A DNA stretch of 47,532 bases from Bigelowiella natans CCMP2755 (GCA_000320545.1 ADNK01000863.1:1-47532), one strand, 5' to 3'. Numbered from the stretch's first letter, positions 11,260 to 23,949 are shown. A program made the numbers and translations. The notes: a model not told the origin generated them from the letters alone.

Positions 11260-12358
11260 TTCCTCACTCTTTTCACGCCTTGTTAGCTTGCCATGCAGCA
11301 GGTCGCCGAAGAACAAACACAATCGAATCGAAGAAACTCGAGTGCTGAACAACAGCCGAAGGATGAGCGTGTTCGTGCAAAAGTTCAGGCGCACGTGCAG
11401 CGCGCGATGTAATGTGTCTAGGTGTGCTGAGTGCTGCACACGCTAGCACCTTGTTTGCCTTGGAGTGCCGACAATGTGAAACTGGAAACAAATGGCTCAT
11501 CGATCACGTCTACACCAATGTGACTCGACTACCGCATCACATCCAACAAGCGCACGACGCAAGCTGGCAAGCATCATTGCTAGATTGGCCGCTCGTGAGT
11601 CATTCGCTTCACTTGCGTCGATTGACATCGCATTAGCTGCGCCCTGAGATCATGCTAGCGCATGCGCCGCGCGTCGAATCTCCACACAAGTCAGACACAA
11701 AGTTCGCAGAAGAAATTGAGTTGCTGCGCACATCATGTTGTTCGACTAATTGTGCGCATCGTGCAAACTTTGTCAACGTGATGTGGGCAAAGCTGGAAAG
11801 GGGCTCCACAAGATGAATGATGGCGATTCAAACACCTACTAGACCTAGACAGATGCAGCCCATGCTAGCATGGTGTCAGTAGCGATCGTTAGAGCATTCT
11901 CATGTGCATCGTCTAGATCATTTATTGCTTGACACATTTGCAGTTGTACTTCGACCAATAAGGATTTTCTGGAACACCATTCACAACGGTGTGTCATTAC
12001 TTTGCTGCTGCAGTATACATCAAGAAATAGATACACACACGGAAAGGAACAAAGTGCAAAGCACCTGCGCAAGTGAGCATATGATAAAACTTCTATTGAT
12101 TAAAATTTTGTCATTTCGACAGAAGATTTATTCAGCTATGTCCAAGCGAGTATAAAATATATCAGTCTAATCCCCTTTGCAATATTTATACACATGGTCT
12201 ACATGGAACTATGTTGGGATGTCGCGGTATGTTTTATAAGCTCGTTATGGATTCTTCATTCATGAATCCTTCGATTTAGATCTTTCAACCGATCTACTTC
12301 AGAATATTAACGTCACACTGTATAAAGATCCTTACCAGAAAAACTGTCAGCTGTGTGT

Positions 12359-15300
12359 TCATGTCATCGACCGAGTGTCATCTCTATTCGTGTCGTATGG
12401 TCTGTATATTTGGCGCATTCGCTCGAAAGACTCTCGGACAAATCTGTGCACCCGAGTGTCTTTTGAGCTTGGCCATGGTGGGTTTGGTAGAGAAGGAAGG
12501 CCTCCCTCTGCTTCCATACTATCGTCTTGTTGTTGTTGCTGCTGCTCCTCGTCGTCTTGGCCAAACTTTCCAATTGCATCGGCAACCGCAGCAATACCAA
12601 ACCTATCAACTACGGCCTTCATCTGTTCTAGAACAAGCTTTGGGACGAATCGCCTCTGTCGTGTTGTTTCAGTGCCATTTGGAGAGGCTGTTGTCGATGC
12701 TGCCGCCGTGGACCCGGTAGAAGCGCGATTACCAAAACCCATTGAGAATTGTAGTTCATTGACTTCATCGTCATCGTCAGCTCCTGCAAGACAATGGAGA
12801 CACTTGAGCGCAGGATGCAGCATCTTGGCTTCCAAGAACAGCCCAGTCATCTCGTAGTATGCAGCGCGGCTATATCCGTATCTGAAGAAATATCAAATAG
12901 TTATGAATCAGTGTGGGTGGAGGGATCTTGGCACTGATGTAATAATGCCCATGTCGTTGTAAATTAGGTCGCTCCTACTGTCACAAGCAATGAATGATAT
13001 CGATTTTCCCCACCAACATAGCCATCTGCTCGTAAATAACTCACCCAAGGCACATCTCGAGGAAGGCCTCAGCCTCTTCGTACATCTTCAGCCGTCGCGC
13101 TACGCGGCCAAACTCAAACCATTGATGCTGTGAGCGTGTTGGCCCGAAATGGGCTTGCCACTCATCGCCGAATCTACACAATTTCGATTATGTAGGTCAG
13201 TTCGGATAGTAAAGGAACGACGACTCAACACTATTATTATCATTAGTAGCAGTACAACAGTACGATGGGGGAAAATTGATGCCGGAAAACACCGATAACC
13301 GTGGCTGGGCCAGAATCATCGACGTGACGTACACTAGGACGTCAATTGGAACACCGCTGCGAGAAAGTACCCACTTCATCATCCACCCCCCCCCCCCCCC
13401 CCCCCCCTTACTATACGTACTCTTTGAGGTATTTCTGAAGCTCAACACGAAGCTCTTGCATGGCTCGGATGTCCTCGAAAAAGATGGCGAGCATAGCATC
13501 AAGCTGCACGCCGCACAGCTGTCTCGGTGCCAGCTCTCCCTTACGTGTCCGCCATTGCTGCTGCTGCTGCTGGTGGTGGTGGTGATGATGATGGTGATGA
13601 TTATGATGATGCTGGTCTTGACTTCTCTGTAGTAGGGCGGGGTTTGATAGATAGATGTTGTTGGTGATGACGTGGAATGGTAGCAGGGGGGCGGGGGGAG
13701 GGAGAAGAAATAGAGCATTTCCACAATATGCATAAATATAATATATATATATATATATATATATACACGCAAGAAGGCACCAGTGCGTGTGCTACGGTGG
13801 CTACTACATACATATCTGTCACTCGATAAGCAAGGTTCCTGCAGCACAACCTACTACATATAGACTTGACTATATTTGGCCTGACTATTCCCCACCTGTT
13901 GCTGTAGTTGCTTCTCTCGCTGTCGCATCAGCTTCATACGCCGTTTCGTGCTTGTGGTGCGAGCGCTGGCGCCGCACCCGCCCCCTTTTGGTGCCCCCCC
14001 GTGCTTTGAGTCGTTTTTCCGATCATATCCATTCTGAAACGACGATTTCATTTCGCCATATCTTTCATCGTATTTTAAAGTCTTGCCATTACGGCCCTCC
14101 CTCCTCGACGGTACGCCGTCGCTACCGTCCAGCTTCAGATTTAGTGCGTTGAAAGAGAAGGGAGAGAAGAGGGGCAGAATAAGAAACATAATGAGTGAAA
14201 GGGAGAGGTCATTCAGTCATTAGGGTTCGATGCGTCTATGATCATTCATCTATGGGATCTCTTTCTCCTACCTTCTGTGCCGTTGTCGTTATCGCCCTCT
14301 CTCCATCCCCCTCCTCCTCCTCTTCTTCTTCACCATTTTTCTCATTTTCCTCCTCCTCCTCCTCCTCCTCATCATCATCGTCATCATATTCGTTGTCCTC
14401 CTCTTCACGCAGCATCTGCTTAGTCAAGCTACTCTTCGCTTTCCAACGACCCCCTTTCTTACTGCTGGCAGAAGGAGGCTGTGCGTATACGCTGCTGAAG
14501 GTTAGGATTGGAAGTCCTCCGTAAAGGCCATCACCAGCTCCAAAGGTACTAACAGCTGATGCAGGCTGCGGGGTTTTACTAGTAGGTGTGCTGTTGTTGC
14601 TGCTGCTGCTACCGTTATCATTAATCTCTTTCTTTCCTAAGTTATAGTTGTTTGCGTCCTTTTTACCAGTCTCAGTAGCTGTTACTGTCTTCTTCCCATC
14701 TATTCCGATGATGACACCATTGTCCTCTCGGCGGTTTTCTTCTTCCTCGTCGCCGTCCACATTATCATCACCCTCAACCTTTCTATCTTCCCCTTCTTCT
14801 TCTTCTTCTTCTTCTTCTTCTTCTTCTCCTTTTTCTATCTTCGCGTCTGTATTGCCCATCTTTTCCTCCACTTCCGGTGATTGCGCTTTTGCAGTCGTGG
14901 CCGACCTCCTGTTGTCGTTGATGGCTATTTCTCCTCGTTGCTTACTCCTTGCTCCCCCCCCTTCCCCTCCTCCTCCTCCTCCTCCTCCTCCTCCTCCTCC
15001 TCCTCCGCCCCCTTCACTCTTACCAGCGTAAGATTGTCTGTTGTCATACTTCTTCAGCTTTCGATCCAGCTGGGCTGCACGCCGTTCCAATTTGGCCTTT
15101 TTCCGCTCTGGCGGCATGGGATATAGCGTGGTGTTATTATACGATTGAAGATGAGCAAATGCTGGTAATGGATAATGATGCAGGAAATGACTAGGATACT
15201 TTTAGAATTGACTGAATGCTTGAAGAGACCTATGCCACACGATGGAATAGTAGCAGCGATAAGCTTCCGCCCCCCCCCCCCGCAACCAACAGCAGCAAGT

Positions 15301-17064
15301 TGACGACTATACCCACACGACTAGTACGACTACTACTAATACTACACCTCACTACCTGAGGATCCTTGTGCTTCTAAGACGCTCTTTCCACCCAACCCCT
15401 CACTTATAGCACTGGAACTGTCCGCAGCTGCTAGTGCCAGCGAGTGAGCATGCAGGGCAGACCCAGTGAAGAACAAATCTCTCACCAACGAGTCTAGCAC
15501 CACAAAGTCTAAGTCGATCCAAAGCTGCACTAGCACCTGATGATGATGATGATGACGGTGATGATGATGATGATGCTGATGATGATGCTGCTGCTGATGA
15601 TGGACAACAGCGTGATCATGAGAGAGAACGCTCGAGTATAGAAGGAATACGCCAAAACACATCCTGTGGCACCGCGTGGAAATGCTGCACTGACAGGTCC
15701 CCTCGGTACATTTAAAAAAAATATCATGCCACTGTGATGTACTACCCCGTAAGCCTTCAGAAAGTTTCCGTGCAGCCGATTCGACAATATAGCTTGTGGC
15801 TGATCTTCCACATCGCGAAGACCGAGAACATCTGGAAGATGCACCTGCAATACCGAACAGTACACCTCCATCACTAATCGCTCTGATGAGAGAGAGAAAA
15901 GTCACAATAGTAACTAACAGTGGTCTTCGACGCATTTAGACACACAGACGCGCGTACGCGCGCACACACACACGCGCACACAAATACAACCTCTTCTGTC
16001 TCACGGTCAAGATCATGATAATCCCACTCATGCTTTGGTTTGCCCCTCTTGCTGCTATTTCTTTGCGGTAGCAGCCTGACGGGCACAGACGACGATGTTG
16101 GGGCGTCATGGGGCAGCACAACCAGCTCGTGAATATTGCTTTCCCCCATCTCCGTAGCCTCGGATTCTTCTAATAATAGAGCAGTTGGCAGTACAAAGAA
16201 AACAAACAATAGGATACTATTATCCTTGTGCGCTGAGAACTAACACTCATCCAGTGACTACAGCTTCCGAATGAATGCTCCTACTGACTAGCAGCTACTG
16301 CTATTACTCTAATATCAGATGGATCGATGGATGCCACCATATGCTACTGCTACCACTAAATACGTGATAACGTGCACGATTGCGTCCAAACATCTTTTAC
16401 GAAGAAGCCACCTCTCCTCTCTCCCACAGTACCTGGCAAACTATTCAGACAGAGGAGCGTCATGACCGGGTCGTTGAGGGCGGCATGTGCCTTTGCACAC
16501 ACAACCCAACTCCGTATCTCCAACGGTCCGTGCTCGCACGCAGCAGTCGCTATGGGTAGAGCCAGCTCGGGCTTCTTCATCTCCATTAACACCTGCCGAG
16601 ACGACGTCATTCAGAGAGCATCATGATGATGATGATTACGACGATGAAGAAGAAGATGATGAAAATGATACAGGCGGTATGCTGTATGATGAGGGAGGAA
16701 ATTTATTATGATTGTCTCGTCGACGATTTCTGCATACATTCCTGGCAACATGGTGTGCGAGATAGATCGTAAATCTATTCATCATATCTTTCGAAATCGT
16801 TTTTCCTTCTACCTCTGCCTGCTCTATCAGCAGAGGCACCGACTTCGGCGCAATCCTGAGCGCCTCACACAAGATTCGAGCTGCCTGAGTGTACTCATTC
16901 CTAAGACGATACATTTTTGCTATAGCCATGGCTGCTAGGGGGCGGAACGGCGTGATTGGCATGAAAAACTCGATCTGTAACAACATATAGTACACAGTGT
17001 CACGGAAGAATGCAACATACCCCATGTTTATATGATTTATCCTCCTACTCGTCCTCCTTCATGT

Positions 17065-17105
<41 letters not shown>

Positions 17106-18592
17106 TTATGGCAACAACAAACTACTAGTACTACTACTATTACTGCTACCCCTTTAATTGGGTCTGCAATCCCCTCAAAGAATCTCGTGAGAAGCGTCTG
17201 GAGGATGGTGACGGTGCCGTGCCTTGCCACTAAGCGCGCGCTTTCAGCCCCTCGAATTAGCCCCCCCCGCTCCAAAAGCCCCGCAGCGTGCTTGAGAAAT
17301 TGCGGGCGTATATCTGGTGCGACATCATTGGCTTCCACGTTGAGGGAGGGAACAATAGAAGGCGGCATGGCCATCGTCCGCAGACACGAAGAGAGAAAAG
17401 CGCCCTGCTGCACCTCATCACCCACGCGTTCGTGGCGCACTAGCTTCGTGTCAACAGCGTATACGCTTACGGCCGGTTTGGCATCTACATCGATCTCGAC
17501 ACGGAGGTCTAGTCCTGTGTTGTTGTTGCAAGAGAGGGAAGAAGGAAGGAGACGAATTACGTGCTGCGCGAACCAAAATGAACACTCGTCGCACCGAATT
17601 ACACGACGTGTGAACGCATGAGAAGATATCAGGACGTATAGTACACTATAGCAGCGAGCAGGATTAGTATGAGCCTCAGTACCAGCGAATGCATTGTAAA
17701 CTGCGATCGTGGCGCCTTTAATCTTGCCATGGCTGCTATGGACTCCATAATGCCCACCATCCAACCCTTGAAGTCGCTGATAGTACCTGTCAGGGGTAGG
17801 TTATACAAATCTTATTAATAGAGTATCGGAGAGGCAAGAATCCTTAGATAAAACAAAGACTCATCACTTCATTCGAGGGTATCGCAAATATCTCAGAGCC
17901 CCCCCCCGCCACCTCTTCGCTTCCCCGTGAATGGAGGCAAATGACTAGCTTGAGAAATATTTTATTGTCGTGTATTACGCGCATATAGCTGCGATGCTGG
18001 ATACATCTGCGCCTAGCATCCAATGCAGAAATCCGGAGGTGTCCTCGCTACTTGTCGAGGAGGAGCCCAGAAAGGAACTGAGATAGGACTGCCGCGTTCT
18101 TCGACGAACGATGCATACGTCCAGGGGGCCGAGCAGCCTCACATTTTGCAGAGATTTATTCCTGTATGCAACAAGATCTTGCGCTTTGGCTGAGTAGAAC
18201 TCGTTACTAGTCATCGAATCTCGGAGTCTTTAATGATGGTGATGACGTGAGGACCGATGATGCCAGCACCAACCAAAGAGAAATTGTAGGGACAACAATG
18301 GCGCCTTAGTTTCCTAGGTATTGCTAAGACTCTTCGACGCTCTGGAGGCTTCAAACCACGTAGTGTGTGCGGTTGTAGCACGGAGCCTCGAGGCGCAGCG
18401 GGGCGGGTTCAACGGCACGTGGCTGCGACCTCCTGATATTCTCTGTGAAGGCGGATGAATAATATCGCCAAAATGTGGCCAAATGAAGGCTATTTCTTCT
18501 GGATTGGAACGAATTTCATTGTCGCAAAGATTTACTGCTCCTCCTCCGTCTCCCGTAGTTACGATGACGCGATGATCCTTTTTCGGTAGCAT
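12359..18592 (-). CDS. ChAPs-family protein (Chs5p-Arf1p-binding; Bch1/Bud7/Chs6-like exomer cargo adaptor), TPR-like, multi-exon
   Basis: Ordered ChAPs motifs: YRNKSLQNVRLLGPLDVCIV…GFLHWMLGADVSS (cf. LGPPDL…YHYVTGVD), ATIAVYNAF, DLRVEIDVDAKPAVSVYAVD, AFLSSCLRTM, LALPIATAACEHGPLEIRSWVVCAKAHAALNDPVMTLLCLNSLP (cf. ALLTLNSCPM), VLVQLWIDLDFVVLDSLVRDLF, RLCCRNLAYRVTDMY, and QWFEFGRVARRLKMYEEAEAFLEMCL. The start is either ATG 18214 or an upstream exon from ATG 18592. The stop lies at 12359-12361. Confidence 0.85.
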
Positions 18593-18772
18593 CGGTCAGA
18601 ATATTTGCTTACCGGGATGTAAGATGTTTTAAGGGTGAAAAATAGTCCAGTATTTCGTCTGTACGTAAATAATTATTCACGAAGTTTATGGCTTAAAATA
18701 TAGTCTAAAAGAACTCCTCGCAACTCTTGGGAATCGCCCTCGCCCTCCTCCTCCTCCTCCTCCTCCTCCTCC
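18593..18772. promoter_or_regulatory. Putative bidirectional promoter (ChAPs / glomulin-like)
   Basis: A short AT-rich gap between divergent genes. It is longer if ChAPs starts at 18214. Confidence 0.5.
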
Positions 18773-21700
18773 GTGAATGAAGCTCCTATGATAGATGCCC
18801 AAGTGTCAATTCCGGATTGTCACAAGGCTTACGAGGAGTGGATAAGCGGAGGGTCTGAAGATGAAGCGCTCGCGCTGGTGGAAACGATTGCATCGGCGAT
18901 AACAGCTTCGAATGCGGAGGTTGATGCAGGGAAACGAATCCAGAAAATCCTTGGATGGGTCGCTACAAGCGTTGTAACCGAAACACGGAAAAGGTGGTTT
19001 TAAACGATCTGTCATACGAGAAGATACAAGATTTTGTCATGGGTTAACAACTTGCATATCTTTGTAGGAAAGGATTCATGGAGCGCATAGAATGGGATTT
19101 AGTCGACATGATCATTCGCAAAATCTACGAGCCAGCAGCACCATTACCTGATGAAAAAGATGGATGGGGCACGTGGGACGAGGCTGAGCCGCCTGCGGAT
19201 GGAGAAGAAGAGGTGGGTGATGCATGCGGCGAAGAGGGGCAGGGAGCATATGGAGAGACGAGGAAAGCGATTACAACTACAAATTAGGGGCAGACATTCA
19301 CAAGTCTTGAATAGTTTATATTCAATATACTATGTACTAAACTGGAATGGACGTGGTATGATCAGGCTGAATGGGGAACGGAGATAAACACAGACTACCG
19401 TCACTCCGAGCAGGAGGAAGAGGAGGAGGAGGAGGAGGAGGAGGAGGAGGAGGGGGGGGAAGAGTCCAATGTCCCAAACCCGCAGCCTACTTCACCACCT
19501 CTTAGCTGGAATGTGTCTATACGTAAGGAGACGCTCCGGCTTCTCTCTGTGATTTGTGAGAAATTTCCTGCAAGGGAACTGGCAACTCTTCTAATAGAAA
19601 AACTCATCATCATCCAAAACTGCAACTCCCAAGCTGATGAACGCTCGAATGCTGCCTTCGTAACTAGCGATGGCTACTTCGGGCCCCCTCCCGAGTGGGT
19701 TCTCAAATGGAGCAGAGGAACACCTTTCTTTGAAGACACCATGCAACTATTCGCTTTGCATGTCTTTCCACGGCTTGTTGGAACTCGTATTTCTCGTGTT
19801 CTTCAAAGTCTAAAGGACGCCATTCTCCTGTGCCTTGGCGAGTCCAAAAGGGCTGTTTCGTGGGGTCAGAGGCGCCTGCACGACCTGAAGTCGTCGTGTT
19901 CAAAAGTGGAGAAGGAATCACCAAATAGAGGAATCAAGCGGGTTCAATTAAGGCAACATCAACAACAGCAACAACGACGAGAAGAGGAAGAAGAAGAAGA
20001 AGAAAAAGATGAGAAAGGAGAAAAGCTTCATGGACAGGCAAGAAGAGAAGCCGAAGACATCCTTGCGGCATCTTCGCGATATATCCTGGCCGTTCTAGAC
20101 TTATCTCATAAGCTGTGCAATTTACATCTCAAGGCAAGCTCCAGCTCTTCCTCTCCTCCTCCTCCATCTTCTTCTACTACTTCTTCCTCCTCCTCCTCTT
20201 CTAGTACAGGCAAAGATGATAATGAACAGTTAGCCCTAGGGCTGTCGGAGCTGCTCTCATTGCACCTGCAGGTTCTTCCCTTCCGCCTGGGATTGCATGA
20301 AAACTCGCAGAAATATCGTGCGTATCTCTTGCAGCACGAAAGCGATACCCTCAAGGTTCATTTTATTCCGTTGCTAGTCAGAGCTAAAAGAATCTACCAT
20401 CCTAGTCTTTGAAATGCGCATCACTACTGATTCTAAGGGATAAGCGTCGTACGCAAGCGGTTGTTACTGATGCTGATGGGACACTAATGTTAATGTTATT
20501 GTTCGTGTTACCTATCGTACTCTTGTAGCTGCTCAAGCGTTCCGGGATCGATCCGCTAGGGCAGGCAATGCCAAGAGCAGTCGTCAGAGCTATCAGCCAC
20601 GCCACAGGGGGAGGCTTTCCTACATCAACTTCGTTCCCTCCCATTCCCAACCAAGTCCAAAACCACCTAGGAGGGGGTAAAGGAGGGAGGGGTGAGGACT
20701 ATAAGTACGACCCTGAAACAGATGGAGCGATGATAAAGAGGGTCATAGGCATTTCATGGCTATTCTGGTCTTCTCCAGAGCTCCGTGCAATGCTTTTCTC
20801 TCGCTTTGGAGGGCGGCCTCTCAAGAGTCTTTCCGCCTTGTGTCCCTATATTTGCGGATGTTTTTTATTTCCATTTATATATCGTGCAAGCGGCGGCCGC
20901 CAGAGACCAAAGCAGCAACAGGACAGCAAACACCTGCAGCAGCAATGGCTAGGTGATATGTCGAAGGAAAAAGAAATAGCACAGGTGGAATCCCCCCTTC
21001 TCCGCTAAAAAAGACGCGCATTAGTACTCTTCTGTATAGGGAAAGGAAGAGAAACGAGTTGAATTTCGAATTTGAGAGGAGGGGCTGATGATGTTGTAGT
21101 TGAGGATGATGATGATTGAATTGGTAGCGTTCTGCTCCGCACATGCGATGCCCTCAACAAGACATCATTGTCATTATCATCATTATTATCATTATCATCA
21201 TCTCTATTCATATGTGAGTCGCATATATCATGCATATAGATGGGGTGGGATATTATCCGAGCAATATTGCCGTTCAAAATACGAAAAATGATAAGTATGA
21301 TAATATTTGAACATCCAAAAAATTAAGGTTCTTGGAGCAGCCGTGTTCGATTTGGCAGTGGAAGAACGGCAAGAAGATGAAAGCACAGCTGTCGACGAAA
21401 AGGCTTCTTCCTCTCACGTCTCTTCTTCTCCCTCCTCATCAACGGCAGCGGTCATATCGCCACCTCGTTTTGACGAGCGAGCTCAGATGGCAGTTATAGT
21501 GCTGCTGCTCTATAGTACCCCTACTTCCAGAACTAACCCCCCATGTAATAGTACATCTGCCAGCAGCAGCAGTAGTAGTAACAGTACCAGGACTTCTACT
21601 AAGGACAGTAGTAGGCGGCGGAAGACAGTTCAGGATAGAATTGTTTGCGTCCTCGCGCGGGCATCAGACCACGATTTGATGCAATTTTTTGAGACTTCGC

Positions 21701-22491
21701 TACTCCTTCTTCCAAAACAGCGAGCTGGAGAAATGAATCGTAAGGAGAAAGAGGAGGAAGAAGATAAGAAAGGAACATCTTCAACCACTACTACTTCTAA
21801 TACCACAACTGCTGCTGTGACCTCTTCTCCTGAAACGATGATGTCCAAGCGGCAGTCTATAGAACACACGACAACAGGGAAAAGACCAACAGCAGCAGCA
21901 TCTCGGCGAAGGCTCCTGTTACGATTCAACGTTCTTGCTCTAATGAAGCGAATCGTCAAGCTAAAGTGGCCGAGAACTGAGAGTAACAGTAGCGTTAATA
22001 GCTCCGGTGACTCGGCGGTGGAAGCGGGGAATGAGATGCAAACAAAGACTAGCAGGCAGAGAGCATCGTCTCATTCATTTCGTTTCGTCTCGAGGAGGCT
22101 GCTGCTCGTCATTGAGGACTTCCTCCAGCACGCTGTTAAGGAATTACGAAGCAGTGCGGACCCTATGATTGTGTTTCAGATGTGCGACGTTATCGCATCA
22201 GCTGTGTCGCTTAGACGATTTATCCTTATCAAGGATAAAGGAGGGGTCATCACAGGCTGTCATAAGGATCACGTCCGAAAACGTTACATGAGAACCTGTC
22301 TCATTCCTCTTCGAGATGCCGCTGCCGAGATGATGAATAGAATGAACGAGGCCATTAACGATTCTTGCTCTACAGGAAAAGATTCTGTTTGTCAGAAGGG
22401 GTGGATGGACGAGCTTTCCAATGAGCAGAAACATGCGGTCATTTCAGAGCTTCGAAGTCTTCAAATCGCGCTCACCGCACAGTTTTCATGA
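18773..22491 (+). CDS. GLMN: Glomulin / ALF4 / Ybp-like HEAT-repeat protein (RBX1-cullin regulator family)
   Basis: The motifs ERIEWDLVDMII (cf. GWD/NLV), ICEKFPARELATLLIEKL (cf. CNPKELL/PRDML), RRRLLLRFNVLALMKRIV and AVSLRRFILIKDKGGVITG…YMRTCLIPLRD (cf. LNLLRYLVIKD…TG…FLKPL) occur in the expected order. They are interrupted by poly-S/poly-E low-complexity inserts. Confidence 0.7.
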
Positions 22492-23025
22492 AGCTGCGTC
22501 GCTCCATACTCTACGTTCACAGTAAGATGAATAGTCGTCGTATCTGTATCAGACGTAGCTAGATAGGTCGTGCGAATCAAATTCATGCTTAACAAAATTA
22601 AATTACACACCCAAAACAAGCGGCCCTGCTAGCCTGCTAACGACTGCATTTTGATAACTTCGCGCTATATGGCATTATCCGGCCTAGCTATCTCGTCCTA
22701 CTCATAAGTAAATTCCATGTGCATCGCACTGTCGTGTTTAAGGCATACACTACGTGGTACGATGCTTGGTAACTGAGATGCTCTGCAATGAAATGCCATA
22801 ATTCTAAACAGTGTATTCCCGCGCATCGCATGACAAAACGATAACTTATGTAAGTACTAGTTTTTAATGACCACAGTGATAAATTTTCTATATTTACATG
22901 GCATGGGCTGCTGCTTTAATAACAATAGTATTGCGCTAACTGGATATCCGTTAAAGTTCGAAGATTCTGCTTTGCACTTGGAGGTCCAAGCTGTGGCTGC
23001 GTTCCATGTCGTGAATGATTCATAC

Positions 23026-23832
23026 TCATAATTTTGACCTTAATTTTGACTTCTGAATTAATTTCTGGAACGGGCAAGCACTACTAGACATATTTGAAAG
23101 GCGAGATGATTTGTGGAAAGGACAGCCGCCGGAAAACTTTGAAGCCTTAGTATCGGAATGCTTGAAATTGAACTGCTCTTCGTAGTCGGTCATTAAAAAC
23201 AGGCAAAACTCAACAATAGCAGCCTTAACTCTCTTATCAGAACATTCAAATGAATCTAGCGCTTTGTACAGATGATCCATCCATATCTTTGCACCCTTGG
23301 ATGTCATGACCTCAGAGGAAGCCTCGTGAAGGCACTCAAGCCCCTCAAGGCCCTTTTTGTACTCTACCCCCCCCCCCATTAAATCTAGCCAGAATTCGCA
23401 CTGTCCCCTGACATGTCGCTTTAGAGATTTCTCCTTAAATGCTTCAGCGAACCAGGCATTTTCGGTGTCGTTCAGAACACTCTTGTAGAATATAGTAATT
23501 ACTTTCTTCATTCCATCTTCGCCGAGGACGCTGTAGAGCTGCCAGAAATATATCGTATCCTCTGGATCATTTGAGGCTTCTAGAGAATTTATTTTCTCAC
23601 TTGATAGAGAATCTTCTGGCATTAGTCCCTTCTTGATGCAGAGGTTAACGTACTTCTCTCGAAACATGTCCGTATGTCGACCCTTTGCAGGCTTGAAAAG
23701 GGGATACCCAAATTTATTACTATCGTCCATCTTCGGAAACACTCTCTTGGATTGAAGCCCGTCTGACTCTCGAAATTGAGTTATGTGAGCGAGGAGAGAT
23801 CCTTCGCTTCCGAATAATTCGAAGCGTTCTTG
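23026..23832 (-). CDS. Truncated (2-on-2) haemoglobin-like globin with N-terminal extension and C-terminal CP motifs
   Basis: FWQLYSVLGEDGMKKVITIFYKSV (B-helix FY), WFAEAF, HVRGQCEFWLDLMGGGVEY (E helix and GG motif), LECLH (proximal F8 His), KIWMDHLYKAL (G8 Trp). The globin region is one uninterrupted exon, with an in-frame ATG at 23730. The frame is open up to an acceptor at 23833, with a GTAAGT donor at 23908, so a spliced 5' extension is possible. Confidence 0.85.
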   Translation of the reverse strand, partial: QERFELFGSEGSLLAHITQFRESDGLQSKRVFPKMDDSNKFGYPLFKPAKGRHTDMFREKYVNLCIKKGLMPEDSLSSEKINSLEASNDPEDTIYFWQLYSVLGEDGMKKVITIFYKSVLNDTENAWFAEAFKEKSLKRHVRGQCEFWLDLMGGGVEYKKGLEGLECLHEASSEVMTSKGAKIWMDHLYKALDSFECSDKRVKAAIVEFCLFLMTDYEEQFNFKHSDTKASKFSGGCPFHKSSRLSNMSSSACPFQKLIQKSKLRSKL

Positions 23833-23949
23833 CTGAGAAACCAGAGCTGGCGCCAGACCCGTTAACTTCTTCTAGATGAAGAGCTTTTCTCTCGGAGCTG
23901 TTACTTACGAAAGGATACTTTTTGGCCACTTTCAGGTAGTTTCCTCTGA

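Noticed and set aside
18314-18592. A separate small gene (MLPKKDHRVIV…)
   Set aside because: It can be spliced in phase (donor near 18361 to the acceptor upstream of 18226) onto the ChAPs reading frame. I treat it as a probable ChAPs 5' exon rather than an independent gene; this is unconfirmed.
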